DNA of 64,000 nt, taken from the NCBI GenBank assembly GCA_966211335.1, contig CBIHNF010000001.1, positions 151,079 to 215,078 on the forward strand, in the 5' to 3' direction. Under the pieces are notes generated by a model. The model saw only the letters and a list, made by a program, of their open reading frames with translations, made no database searches and was not told where the DNA came from. A program made the translations under genes and the position numbers. The stretch is from an uncultured Alphaproteobacteria bacterium (GTDB lineage: Bacteria; Pseudomonadota; Alphaproteobacteria; Micavibrionales; UBA2020). Shown here one piece after another: positions 9,447-19,636 of the stretch; the stretch's first letter is position 1, and every line of letters begins with the position of its first letter.

Positions 9447-9957
9447 GCTGGCCTATCCAGCTGTGCTCCGGGCTTTCAATCCTCAACGCCGTGCGCAGCC
9501 ATTCCCTTGCAGCGTCATCAAGGCAGGGGAGTGCCGTCGCAAAATCCTGCGCATCGATATCGCGCATATGTTTTGATTTATAAAGCAGCGCTATTTCCAG
9601 CGGCAGCGCCCCGCCCGATGCCGCAAACCTGCTGCGCGGCAGGCGGATGGCGCGATTGCGGCGATAAACCCAGTCATCGCCGTCAAATTCGTTCAGCAGA
9701 ACTTCCAGCGTGTTGCCGTCTTCGAAATGGCAGTATATTTCATGCACCGGCAATTCGAGCCGCTCGCCCTGCCACAGATGCGGCGTGCTTTTTGCCATGT
9801 ATTCGATTTTCAAAAGCTGCGGCATCTGAAGCAGAAACCGCTGGTCATCCCGCGCCAGCGCAATCTCGACATCTTTATGCGCCCTAGTCTGCCGCCCCAC
9901 CGCCATATCAACAGCCCAGCCGCCCGCGATCCAGTAGGGCGCGGGAAACACTTTCAT
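9436..9957 (-). CDS. Nucleotidyltransferase of the aminoglycoside-2''-adenylyltransferase (AadB-like) family
   Basis: YWIAGGWAVDMAVGRQTRAHKDVEIAL aligns by eye with the WIGGGWAIDARLGRVTRKHDDIDL active-site region of ANT(2'')-Ia. Its 3' end overlaps the polymerase 3' end by 11 nt (convergent). Confidence 0.6.
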   Translation of the reverse strand: MKVFPAPYWIAGGWAVDMAVGRQTRAHKDVEIALARDDQRFLLQMPQLLKIEYMAKSTPHLWQGERLELPVHEIYCHFEDGNTLEVLLNEFDGDDWVYRRNRAIRLPRSRFAASGGALPLEIALLYKSKHMRDIDAQDFATALPCLDDAAREWLRTALRIESPEHSWIGQLTP

Positions 9958-10136
9958 ACGCTCAAGCGTAAATCCAAGTTCGGGAGACAGGGCGATATCC
10001 TTCTATCTAAAAACATTGGGATTCGGCAACGACATCTCTTCTTTGGCGAAAAGATAATATTGGCTCAAAGGCGTATCCGGCCTCTGCAAATGTTTGAGAA
10101 TTCTAGACAGCTATAAAAAATTAAATATTAAATAGA

Positions 10137-10757
10137 CTACGCATTTTTATCAGCGTTAATATTTGACGATTCCAAATTTTCGCCATCCTCAATAAATTCC
10201 TTGATGTGTTTAAACGCGACCGTTTTCTCTTCTAAGAAAATTTCGTAACCCCTCCTCATAGATTGTAAAAGAGCTACAAAATCTCTGACTAAACGAGCAA
10301 TAAATTTTGTAAAATTATCTTCTCCTGATTTTTTATTATTTTCTGTTTTAAGTTCACTCAATAATTTGTCACGAAACTGAGGATAGTATTCTTCAAATAA
10401 ATCCTGCCAAACTGTCTCGTTTATGTCGCAGTCTAAATGGTGGGCTAAACTATTTCTCACTTTATTAATTTTTAGACAGATGTTTGAAGTTCTTTGGTCA
10501 ATTATACCCATCGAGCAACAAAGCTTAGGTTTAATTGCAAAATTAATTTTGGATAAGTCGATCAGTTCAGGATACTTAAGTTCCATTTTGAGCATTTCAT
10601 CCAAACAGTTCTCGATATAAAGGTGTCCTCGCAAAATTACCGATATTGGATCGGAAGAATTTAATTCGACACGAGCTTTGTTTAAATCAAAAGTGAAATC
10701 TTTTTCGACGTCAAACCCACGCCTGATTTCATCAAAAATGCTCGACTTTTTGGACAT
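10137..10757 (-). CDS. Hypothetical protein with a HEPN-type RNxxxH motif, encoded in an AT-rich islet
   Basis: Composition is strongly AT-rich relative to the flanks. The protein is helical and K/E/N/I-rich and contains KVRNSLAHH, which fits Rx4H with Asn after Arg. I chose the start at MSKKSSIF (10757) because the listed 10811 start would run into the tRNA. Confidence 0.6.
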   Translation of the reverse strand: MSKKSSIFDEIRRGFDVEKDFTFDLNKARVELNSSDPISVILRGHLYIENCLDEMLKMELKYPELIDLSKINFAIKPKLCCSMGIIDQRTSNICLKINKVRNSLAHHLDCDINETVWQDLFEEYYPQFRDKLLSELKTENNKKSGEDNFTKFIARLVRDFVALLQSMRRGYEIFLEEKTVAFKHIKEFIEDGENLESSNINADKNA

Positions 10758-10776
10758 AAATTTTTGATCTAAAAAT

Positions 10777-10868
10777 TGGCGGAGACGGTGAGATTCGAAC
10801 TCACGATACATCTTACGACGTATGACGATTTAGCAAACCGTTGCCTTCAGCCACTCGGCCACGTCTCC
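10777..10868 (-). tRNA. tRNA-Ser (anticodon GCU)
   Basis: The reverse complement reads GGAGACG-TG-GCC-GAGTGGCTGAA-GGC...ACGGT-TTGCTAA-ATCGT-(long variable arm)-GTGAG-TTCGAAT-CTCAC-CGTCTCC-G-CCA. The 7-bp acceptor stem pairs perfectly, the T-loop is TTCGAAT and the anticodon loop is UU-GCU-AA. It is 92 nt with an encoded CCA. Confidence 0.93.
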
Positions 10869-10961
10869 AGCGTTATCGGCGGATAATATACGGATAATTC
10901 GCAAAAACCAAGATTCTTCGACTGGCGCAGTTTGTTATTTGATTTCAAATAAATAGCAGCT

Positions 10962-11717
10962 TCAGCCCTTCAGCGCCGCCGCGTTGGCGCGGATGTTGGC
11001 GGGGGTGAGGCTGCCAAACACAAGGCTGGCGACGCCGGGAGTTTCGGTGACAAAGCGGATATTTTCGGCGAGATCGCCGAGGGGCCCGAGGTGGCCGGAG
11101 GCGAGGCCTTTTTTGACCAGCACGGGTTTGCCAGATGCCGCCGCCGCATCGATCACGGCGCGTTCATCGAGGTAGCCTTTGTTATAGGCGACCATGGCGC
11201 AGTCGGACTTTTCAAGCGCGGCGATGCCGCCCGCGATGGTGTAGGTGGAAACGCCGAAGCTGCCGATAAGCCCCCGCGCTTTAAATTCCGCCAGCACGTC
11301 CAGCACCGCCGTTTCGGTGATGACTTTCACATCATCGCGGTTGCTGTGGACGAGGATGCAGTCGATATAATCTGTCTTGAGGCGCTTCAGGCTGCGCTCG
11401 ACGCTTGCGACCGTATGTTCGCGCGTGAAGATATATTCTGATGTCGCGCCGTCAAACTCCTCCCCCGTCTTGGTGACGAGGAAGAATTTATCCCGCCGCG
11501 CGCCGAGCAGTTTGCCCAAGCGCTCTTCTGCCGTGCCATAGGCAGGCGCGGTATCGAGCAGGGTGATGCCGCAGTCGATCGCGGTATCGAGCAGGGTTTC
11601 AATTTCCGCATCCGTTGGCAGCATGAAGCCGTCGCCGCCCGGATACTTAACGCCGGTGTTGCGGCCGAATTTGACGGTACCGAGGCCCAGCTTGCTGACA
11701 TTTTTCCAACTCAGCAT
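10962..11717 (-). CDS. Aldo/keto reductase family oxidoreductase
   Basis: LGLGTVKFGRN...GITLLDTAPAYGTAEERLG...DYIDCILVHS are typical AKR motifs. I prefer the start at MLSWKN (11717), whose ATG overlaps the upstream gene's TAA (TAATG). Confidence 0.8.
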   Translation of the reverse strand: MLSWKNVSKLGLGTVKFGRNTGVKYPGGDGFMLPTDAEIETLLDTAIDCGITLLDTAPAYGTAEERLGKLLGARRDKFFLVTKTGEEFDGATSEYIFTREHTVASVERSLKRLKTDYIDCILVHSNRDDVKVITETAVLDVLAEFKARGLIGSFGVSTYTIAGGIAALEKSDCAMVAYNKGYLDERAVIDAAAASGKPVLVKKGLASGHLGPLGDLAENIRFVTETPGVASLVFGSLTPANIRANAAALKG

Positions 11718-12889
11718 TACGCCTCCAGCTTGCGGAAGGTCGCGGCTTCCCAAGGGTAAGATCCGACATCCGCCGTCGGCAGCGGCGGCGCGCCGGATTT
11801 GGCGACGGGGTGAATATCTTTATCCTTCAGCCAGTCGAACACGCGGTCGGACAAGACCGGCGCGAAGGTGAGTTTCGTCGGCCATGCCATGAGCACGCGG
11901 CCGCGTTGATGCACATGCGGGCCCGGCGGCAGGTCGCCTTTCGCATCAAACGGTTCCGCGCGGTCGCCGTACCATGTCGCCCATTCTCTGGTCGTCCAGT
12001 CGATATCGGGGAAGACATCCTGCAGTTCTTTCTGCGCGAATTTGATAGCCTCGTCATCGGTCAGCGTCGCGCTTTGTTCCGCCACCGCGCCGCCGAGGTA
12101 CCAGACGAATTCGCCGGGCACGCCTGTCGGGTGGCTCGTCACCGTCATGCGCGGCTTGGGGCTGCTGACAATGCCGTGGCCGTGCAGGGCATAGGGCATG
12201 GGCTTCACCATGATCTGCCGCAGCGGCCGGCGCTGGGCATGATTGTCTTTCACCTTCAGTAATTGCAGCGCGAGTTCATTGCCGGTGCCGGCGGTGAAAA
12301 TAACCAGCTGCGCGCGCATGACGTTGCCGGAGACAACCACCTGTCCGTCCGGCAGCAGTTCCGTCACCTCGCCCTTGAACAACCGGCCTTTGAGATGTTT
12401 GGCGAGGGCGTGGATAAGCGATCTCACCTCCAGCACCTTTTCCGGCAGCTGGTAGACGGGGCCTTTGAATTTTTTCTTGAGACGGAGCACTTCCGGGAAT
12501 TCGTCTTTCTTCAGCTTTTTCGTGGCGGCGTTCACGAGCTTCGCCGCGCCCAAGACTGCGACGTCGGACAGAATGGAGCCCGCCGGCCACATGATTTGCG
12601 TGTCGGACAGGAACTCGACCGCGGTGAGGTCAATTTCTCCCCAGCCCTCGAAGCTCGACTGCCAGCGCTCCGGCATTTTGGCGAGCTGTTCGGCGTGCTT
12701 GGTCAGACTGCCCTGCAGCACATATTTCTGCCCGCCGTGGATCATGCCCTGCGAGGCGAGGGTCTGCCCCGACCCGAGTTTATCTTTCTCGATGAGGATA
12801 ACGTTATAGCCGGCGCGCTTCAGCGTATTGCAGAGCCAGAGCCCCGCAACGCCGCCGCCGAAAATAATCATGTCGTATTCTAATGCCAT
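11717..12889 (-). CDS. FAD-dependent oxidoreductase (DAO/GlpD-like N-terminus)
   Basis: YDMIIFGGGVAGLW...IEKDKLGSGQTLASQGMIHGGQKY is a Rossmann GxGxxG dinucleotide fold with a GlpD-like HGG motif. I prefer the start at MALEYD (12889); the listed longer start would overlap the upstream membrane-protein gene. Confidence 0.75.
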   Translation of the reverse strand: MALEYDMIIFGGGVAGLWLCNTLKRAGYNVILIEKDKLGSGQTLASQGMIHGGQKYVLQGSLTKHAEQLAKMPERWQSSFEGWGEIDLTAVEFLSDTQIMWPAGSILSDVAVLGAAKLVNAATKKLKKDEFPEVLRLKKKFKGPVYQLPEKVLEVRSLIHALAKHLKGRLFKGEVTELLPDGQVVVSGNVMRAQLVIFTAGTGNELALQLLKVKDNHAQRRPLRQIMVKPMPYALHGHGIVSSPKPRMTVTSHPTGVPGEFVWYLGGAVAEQSATLTDDEAIKFAQKELQDVFPDIDWTTREWATWYGDRAEPFDAKGDLPPGPHVHQRGRVLMAWPTKLTFAPVLSDRVFDWLKDKDIHPVAKSGAPPLPTADVGSYPWEAATFRKLEA

Positions 12890-12906
12890 AGCTTCAATAT
12901 ATCGTC

Positions 12907-13761
12907 CTAAAGGAATAAGGGAAGCGTGATGACGAAGGCGGCGGCGCCCCAGGCCAGCTGTTCCCGCACGGTGCGTTCTTTCCACAAATAGGCGCTGAGG
13001 ACGAGGATGACGGGCTTCGTCATAGCCTGCACCGTCACGACGACGGTGACAGGGTTGATGGTGACCTGCTGATAGGCCTTCACGAGTTCGGTTGCCGCAT
13101 AAAAAATGCCCGCGAGGATGGCAGGGCGCGTCAGCGCGGCGGCGCGGAAATTATCCAGCGTGCGGAAATTCCAGGCGATGGCAACAAGAAACACCACCGC
13201 ATAGGCGGCAATGGAGAGCACATACCAGTTGGCATCTTGGGTGATGATATGGTCGATAATGGAAATGCCCGCCGAAATGCCGACCAGCTTGGTATAGGAC
13301 AACCTGTCGCGCGGCGTTAAATCCGACAGGTGGCCTTTGAGGAAAAAGCCGACCGCCAGGAGGCACAGCCCGATGCTGGAAAACCATTCCTGCGGCTTCA
13401 GGGTTTCGCCAAAGGCGGCGTTGCCGATGGTGATCAGGCCGAGGCTCAGCGGCGTCACGTAATGGCGCGACGACAAACTCACCTTCATCAATTCCTGGCT
13501 GACGATGAAGAGGTAGCAGAGCAATGCGCCCTTCAGCGCGGCCAGCGCCGGCAAGACCGGATTGGCTTCAAACTTTTGCAGCCCTTCCGTGAGCAGATCG
13601 GCATAAAGCGGATAGACCAGCGCGAGCCCGGCCAGCGTCCAGCCGCCGATAAACAGCGGGGCGGTGCGGTGATCCAGCTTCAGGCTGCAGATTTTGAGCG
13701 TGACAAGGTGCCCGACCGTCAGCAGGAAAAGCAGCAGGAGCAGCAGGTGGCCTTGGGTCAT
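12907..13761 (-). CDS. Polytopic integral membrane protein (about 9-10 hydrophobic helices; DMT/EamA-like topology, family not confirmed)
   Basis: Hydrophobic segments recur along the whole 284 aa. It is on the same strand as, and 17 nt upstream of, the FAD-oxidoreductase/AKR pair. Confidence 0.6.
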   Translation of the reverse strand: MTQGHLLLLLLFLLTVGHLVTLKICSLKLDHRTAPLFIGGWTLAGLALVYPLYADLLTEGLQKFEANPVLPALAALKGALLCYLFIVSQELMKVSLSSRHYVTPLSLGLITIGNAAFGETLKPQEWFSSIGLCLLAVGFFLKGHLSDLTPRDRLSYTKLVGISAGISIIDHIITQDANWYVLSIAAYAVVFLVAIAWNFRTLDNFRAAALTRPAILAGIFYAATELVKAYQQVTINPVTVVVTVQAMTKPVILVLSAYLWKERTVREQLAWGAAAFVITLPLFL

Positions 13762-13837
13762 GATTATCCGTTATTATGCAAATATGTGCAGGCGGTTTGC
13801 CCATCATAATAGGCTGAAAAGCGCTGAACAGGGCAAA

Positions 13838-13866
13838 TTGACAAGGGGTGAGGCGTTTTATAGATT
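13838..13866 (+). promoter_or_regulatory. Sigma70-like promoter candidate (TTGACA-17-TAGATT)
   Basis: TTGACA at 13838-13843, a 17-nt spacer and TAGATT at 13861-13866, about 80 nt upstream of the ATG at 13947. Confidence 0.4.
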
Positions 13867-13946
13867 ATGTCATTCCTTTGCCAGATAAAGCCTTCGATTC
13901 GCCGCGATGATTGCGGGGAGCCGTTTAATTTTTGGAAGCACGAAAC

Positions 13947-14285
13947 ATGGCGTCGAAACCCTCGAAAGATTTTAACGACAAGGCGAAAAGCTTTCTCTAT
14001 TCGCTGTCCGTGCGCCCGAAATATTCGCGCCGCACCGATTTTTCGGCCGACATTAAACAGGCGGCCGAGCGCATCCGCGAACTCGCGCGGGAGGAAGGTT
14101 ATTCGCCTTCCGTCCGCATCAAGTTTGATGACGGCGCGCTTGGCAAGCTCGGCATCTTCTTCATGAACGCGCCGGAAAAATTTGCGGCGAAAGTGAAGAA
14201 GATCGACGGCATCCATTCCGTCGAAAAACCCACCGAGCGCAAGGCATCGCCGGGCGGCCGCAGCAAGGGCCGTGGCCCTCGCTAA
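13947..14285 (+). CDS. Hypothetical small basic protein
   Basis: The ORF has coding-like composition. It contains FFMNAPEKFAAKVKKIDGI, a motif shared with the next gene, and ends in a Lys/Arg/Gly/Pro tail. I recognise no family. Confidence 0.5.
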   Translation: MASKPSKDFNDKAKSFLYSLSVRPKYSRRTDFSADIKQAAERIRELAREEGYSPSVRIKFDDGALGKLGIFFMNAPEKFAAKVKKIDGIHSVEKPTERKASPGGRSKGRGPR

Positions 14286-14324
14286 ATAATTCCGTGGGCC
14301 GCGTTAATTCTCTCAGGATATCAC

Positions 14325-14885
14325 ATGACCAATAAAGTTTACGTCGTCGCCGTCGATTTCACTGTGGGCGGACTGCAGAACGCCGTCATGAATACGCTGG
14401 CGCTGCGGCAGGATATTTTCGAGCTTGCCAATGCGGGCACAGAGCAAATCTATTTCCACCGCTATAAGGACGACATGCTGGGCGGCGCGCCGAACCTGCT
14501 GCTGGAATGCAGCGAAGAATTTTTGGAAAAAGTGAAGACCCTGCCGCGCTACGGCAATAGCCTTGATTTGTGGACGGGCTTCGATACCTTCCGCGCCGGA
14601 CACGCCGGCCCCGTTGATGCGGCACAGCTGAAGCGCGTGACGGCAAAGGAAACCACCGACCCTGACCTTGATGTTGCGACATGGAGGCTGCAGGATGACA
14701 TTATCCGCCTCGGCCAGAACCACGCGCTTGAAGGCAAGGTGCTGGTGCGGCAGGTGGACGGGTTGAAGGGTTTCGTCTCCGTCATCTGCCCCGATGATTT
14801 TGCCGAAAAAATCCTGTCCCTGCCCCGCTGCGCCAAAATTTCCGCCACCGTGAACAAGCCGCGCAAAAACGGACCGAAGCCCTAA
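14325..14885 (+). CDS. Hypothetical protein with an internal duplication
   Basis: Two copies of a related segment end in LLECSEEFLEKVKTLPRYG and VICPDDFAEKILSLPRCA. The C-terminal tail is KPRKNGPKP. I recognise no family. Confidence 0.55.
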   Translation: MTNKVYVVAVDFTVGGLQNAVMNTLALRQDIFELANAGTEQIYFHRYKDDMLGGAPNLLLECSEEFLEKVKTLPRYGNSLDLWTGFDTFRAGHAGPVDAAQLKRVTAKETTDPDLDVATWRLQDDIIRLGQNHALEGKVLVRQVDGLKGFVSVICPDDFAEKILSLPRCAKISATVNKPRKNGPKP

Positions 14886-14888
14886 AAT

Positions 14889-15566
14889 TTAAGCGAGAAT
14901 CTTCTTCACCACCGGCACGATCTGCGTGAACGGGGTGTCGATGATGTGATGCGCGCCGGCGTCAATCAGGTGCTGCACGGGGTGCATACCCCAGGCAACG
15001 CCGATGGTATGGGTATTGGCGGCGATGCCCATTTTGACGTCCATGATGGTGTCACCGACCATGACGGTCTGGCGCGGGTCGGCATCCAGTTCCCGCATCA
15101 CGCTCAGCAGCATGTCGGGTTCCGGCTTTTCTTTTTCCTTGCGGCGGATGATGTCATCCCAGGTGCGGTGCGCCGCAAAAAGGTTATGCACGCCGTGCTG
15201 TTCCAGCAAATGCAGCAGCGGCGCTTCGGGCTTGGAGGTCACAATCGCCAGCGTATGGCCGTCATCGCGGAGGCGCAGCAGCGCTTCCTCGACGCCCTGA
15301 AACAGCAGCGGGGTTTTATCCGGCTCCCCCGCCATCGACCACTGGTCGACAAGCGTGAAGACGGAGCCGAGGTGTTTTTCCTGATGGTCGCGCGGAATGC
15401 CCCATTTAAAATCAAATTGCATCGGGCTGCTGTAGCCGTGGCGGATGGCTTCATAATCCGGAAACGGCATGCCGTTTTTTTCGGAGTAATGCGCAATCGC
15501 GCGCTCGAACAGCGTGTAGCTGTCTAAAATAGTGCCGTCGACGTCGAAGACGATTAAGCCGGGCAT
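14889..15566 (-). CDS. HAD-superfamily hydrolase (phosphoglycolate-phosphatase-like)
   Basis: HAD motif I is IVFDVDGTILDS, motif II-like is LAIVTSK and motif IV is MVGDTIMDV. It lies 6 nt downstream of the TerD-like gene. Confidence 0.85.
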   Translation of the reverse strand: MPGLIVFDVDGTILDSYTLFERAIAHYSEKNGMPFPDYEAIRHGYSSPMQFDFKWGIPRDHQEKHLGSVFTLVDQWSMAGEPDKTPLLFQGVEEALLRLRDDGHTLAIVTSKPEAPLLHLLEQHGVHNLFAAHRTWDDIIRRKEKEKPEPDMLLSVMRELDADPRQTVMVGDTIMDVKMGIAANTHTIGVAWGMHPVQHLIDAGAHHIIDTPFTQIVPVVKKILA

Positions 15567-15572
15567 GATGCG

Positions 15573-16334
15573 TCAAGCCCGCGCGAGGTTGGGAAGGTAA
15601 TACTCCCATTCAACGTCATCGCCGAGGAATTCGTCGATATTGCGGAAGCGCCAGCCATCGGCATCGCGCCAGATGTGGCAGAAGACGTAGTTATAAGCCT
15701 TGTGCGGGCCCACTTCCGGCACGACGGAGTTTTGCAGCGCGCTCACTTGCGTTTTGCTGTCGGCGAGGCGGATGGAGGGGTTCTTGAATTCGCCAAGATG
15801 GTATTTGCTGTCGCTCTTCACCGTAAAGAACAGGTGGTGATAGTTCGGCGGCAGGCCTTTTGTTTCGACAAAAATCTGCTCGTCATCACCGCTGGCGGCG
15901 CCGCCCTGTTCATCGCCCGTGTGGTAGATTTTTTTGGACGGGTCGATCAGGCTGTTGTCTTCCGTGCCAATCACGGTCTGCAGTTTCAGCTCGGCATTAA
16001 AAATATAGCAGTCAAGATCAAGGTCATACTGCTCCGCCGTTTTGTCGCGGCCCTTGGCGTCGCTATCTTTCGACAGCGTTTGTGCGTACATGCCGAAGGT
16101 GATCAGCTTCATGAAAGAGAGGAAGAAAATGCGGAAGAAATCAAACGGCTTCATCATGGCATCGACCGTCTTGCCGAGCGTGTCGCCGTCTTTCGCGGCA
16201 TCGGCGATTTTCACCTCCAGCTGCGGCAGGTCGCGCGCGTCCCACGACAGGCCGACGAGGAAGCGCTGCGCCCCCTCTTCGGAAATCTGCAGCCGCCCGC
16301 CGCCGCCCTTCTGTACGTCCGTCGCGCCTGTCAT
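15573..16334 (-). CDS. TerD-domain protein with a hydrophobic insertion of about 60 aa
   Basis: VGLSWDAR, YDLDLDCYIF, HTGDEQGGAASGDDEQIFV, SIRLAD and GWRFRNI parallel the TerD motifs VGLGWDAR, DLDASAF, HTGDNRTGEGDGDDE, IRLVN and EWKFRAVG. The insertion between the first two motifs contains FDFFRIFFLSFMKLITFGMY. Confidence 0.8.
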   Translation of the reverse strand: MTGATDVQKGGGGRLQISEEGAQRFLVGLSWDARDLPQLEVKIADAAKDGDTLGKTVDAMMKPFDFFRIFFLSFMKLITFGMYAQTLSKDSDAKGRDKTAEQYDLDLDCYIFNAELKLQTVIGTEDNSLIDPSKKIYHTGDEQGGAASGDDEQIFVETKGLPPNYHHLFFTVKSDSKYHLGEFKNPSIRLADSKTQVSALQNSVVPEVGPHKAYNYVFCHIWRDADGWRFRNIDEFLGDDVEWEYYLPNLARA

Positions 16335-16339
16335 GGCTG

Positions 16340-17803
16340 TTACTCCTCCAGCTTTTTCTTGAGGATATCGTTGACGAGGCCGGGGTTGGCCTTGCCGCCC
16401 GATTTCTTCAGAATTTGGCCGACGAAGAAGCCGAACAATTTATCTTTGCCGCCTTTATATTCGGCGACTTTGTCGGGGTTTTCTTTCACGACTTCGGTCA
16501 CGATTTTTTCAATCGCGCCGGTATCCGTCACCTGACGGAGGCCGCGGGATTCGACGATTTCCGCTGCTTCCTTGCCGGTTGCGAACATTTCCGCAAAAAC
16601 TTCCTTGGCGATCTTGCCGGAAATGGTGTTGTCGGAAATCAGCGCGATCAGGCCGCCGAGCTGTTCTGCTTTGACAGGACTGTCGTGGAATTCTTTTTCC
16701 GCTTTTTTGAGCGCGCCCAAGAGTTCCGACAGCACCCAGTTCGCAGCGAGCTTCGCATCGCGGCCCTTGGCGACAGTTTCAAAATAATCGGTGCGTTCTT
16801 TTTCGGCAATCAAGACGCCGGCGTCCTGGATGGAAAGGCCGTAGTCCTTCATGAAGCGGTGCTTTTTCGCATCCGGCAGCTCGGGCATGGATTTGCGGAT
16901 ATCCTCGACGAAGCTGTCTTCGACGACGAGCGGCAGCAGGTCGGGGTCGGGGAAATAGCGATAGTCATGAGCGTCTTCCTTCGAGCGCATCGTGCGCGTC
17001 GTGCCGTTCTTGGTATCGAAGAGGCGCGTTTCCTGATCAATCTTGCCGCCGCCTTCGATGACTTCAACCTGGCGGCGCGCTTCATACTCGACCGCCTGCT
17101 GCACGAAGCGGACGGAGTTGACGTTCTTGATCTCGCAGCGGGTGCCAAGCTCCGCGCCCGGTCGGCGGACGGAAACGTTGACGTCGCAGCGCATGGAGCC
17201 TTCATCCATGTTGCCGTCGCAGGTGCCAAGGTAGCGCACAATGGCGCGCAGCTTGGTCACATAGGCGCCAGCTTCCTCGGCGGAGCGCATGTCGGGCTTC
17301 GACACAATCTCCATCAGCGGGTTGCCGGAGCGGTTGAGGTCGACAAAACTTTTGCTGGGATGCTGGTCATGCAGCGATTTACCGGCGTCCTGTTCCAGGT
17401 GCAGACGCTCGATGCCGATTTTCTTGACGGAGCCGTCGGGCAAATCAATTTCAATCTCGCCGTTGCCAACGATGGGGTGCTGGTACTGCGAAATCTGGTA
17501 GCCCTGCGGCAGGTCGGGGTAGAAATAGTTTTTGCGCTCGAAGACCGACACATTGTTAATAACGGCGTTGAGGCCAAGGCCGGTGCGCACCGCTTTCGCA
17601 ATGCATTCCTTGTTGATGACGGGCAGCATGCCGGGCATGCCGGCATCGATGGGGGAGACCTGCGCGTTGGGCGCAGCGCCAAAATCGGCCGAGGCGCCGG
17701 AGAACAGTTTCGACTTGGTCAGAACCTGCGCATGGACTTCAAGCCCGATAACAATTTCCCAGTCGCCGGTTTCGCCTTTGATGAGCGCGTGTGATGCGGA
17801 CAT
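16340..17803 (-). CDS. gatB: Asp-tRNA(Asn)/Glu-tRNA(Gln) amidotransferase subunit B
   Basis: [13 protein letters not shown]...SKLFSG...[15 protein letters not shown]...[10 protein letters not shown] are canonical GatB motifs. It sits in gatC-gatA-gatB order. Confidence 0.97.
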   Translation of the reverse strand: MSASHALIKGETGDWEIVIGLEVHAQVLTKSKLFSGASADFGAAPNAQVSPIDAGMPGMLPVINKECIAKAVRTGLGLNAVINNVSVFERKNYFYPDLPQGYQISQYQHPIVGNGEIEIDLPDGSVKKIGIERLHLEQDAGKSLHDQHPSKSFVDLNRSGNPLMEIVSKPDMRSAEEAGAYVTKLRAIVRYLGTCDGNMDEGSMRCDVNVSVRRPGAELGTRCEIKNVNSVRFVQQAVEYEARRQVEVIEGGGKIDQETRLFDTKNGTTRTMRSKEDAHDYRYFPDPDLLPLVVEDSFVEDIRKSMPELPDAKKHRFMKDYGLSIQDAGVLIAEKERTDYFETVAKGRDAKLAANWVLSELLGALKKAEKEFHDSPVKAEQLGGLIALISDNTISGKIAKEVFAEMFATGKEAAEIVESRGLRQVTDTGAIEKIVTEVVKENPDKVAEYKGGKDKLFGFFVGQILKKSGGKANPGLVNDILKKKLEE

Positions 17804-17815
17804 TTTCTTTTCTCC

Positions 17816-19300
<1,485 letters not shown>

Positions 19301-19305
19301 ATAAA

Positions 19306-19593
19306 TTACTCCACCACTTTCGGCACGACGAAGAAACCGGCCGTGCTTTCAGGCGCGTTTTTGAGGATTTTTTCAGGGATGCCGCCATCGGTCACGATGT
19401 CTTCGCGGGCATGCATTTTCATCTGGACGACGGAGGTGAGCGGCTCGACCCCTTCCGTGTTGACGGCGTTCAGCTCTTCGATCATCTTGAGGATGTTCGA
19501 GAGTTCGCCTGCCACTTTGTCCTTTTCGCTTTCCTCCACCTTGATGCGGGCGAGGCGCGCGATCTTCGTGACCGTATTTTTATCGATAGACAT
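19306..19593 (-). CDS. gatC: Glutamyl-tRNA(Gln) amidotransferase subunit C
   Basis: [21 protein letters not shown]...[12 protein letters not shown] is typical GatC, about 95 aa. The listed 125-aa start would overlap ruvX. Confidence 0.9.
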   Translation of the reverse strand: MSIDKNTVTKIARLARIKVEESEKDKVAGELSNILKMIEELNAVNTEGVEPLTSVVQMKMHAREDIVTDGGIPEKILKNAPESTAGFFVVPKVVE

Positions 19594-19636
19594 CAGCCGT
19601 TTCCTTGACATAGATAAAATAACGAAAGAATTTAGC

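Noticed and set aside
9436-10757. The idea that the HEPN-motif protein and the downstream nucleotidyltransferase form a HEPN-MNT toxin-antitoxin pair.
   Set aside because: They share a strand and are adjacent, but several points argue against it. The NTase is AadB-like (about 170 aa, GGWAxD motif), not a minimal MNT with a GSx10DxD motif. The two genes are 180 nt apart. They also differ sharply in GC content, which suggests different origins. I kept this only as something to test, not as a call.
10758-10811. The N-terminal 18 codons of the listed ORF 10137..10811.
   Set aside because: This extension would be encoded by the tRNA-Ser gene body. The start was moved to the Met at 10757.
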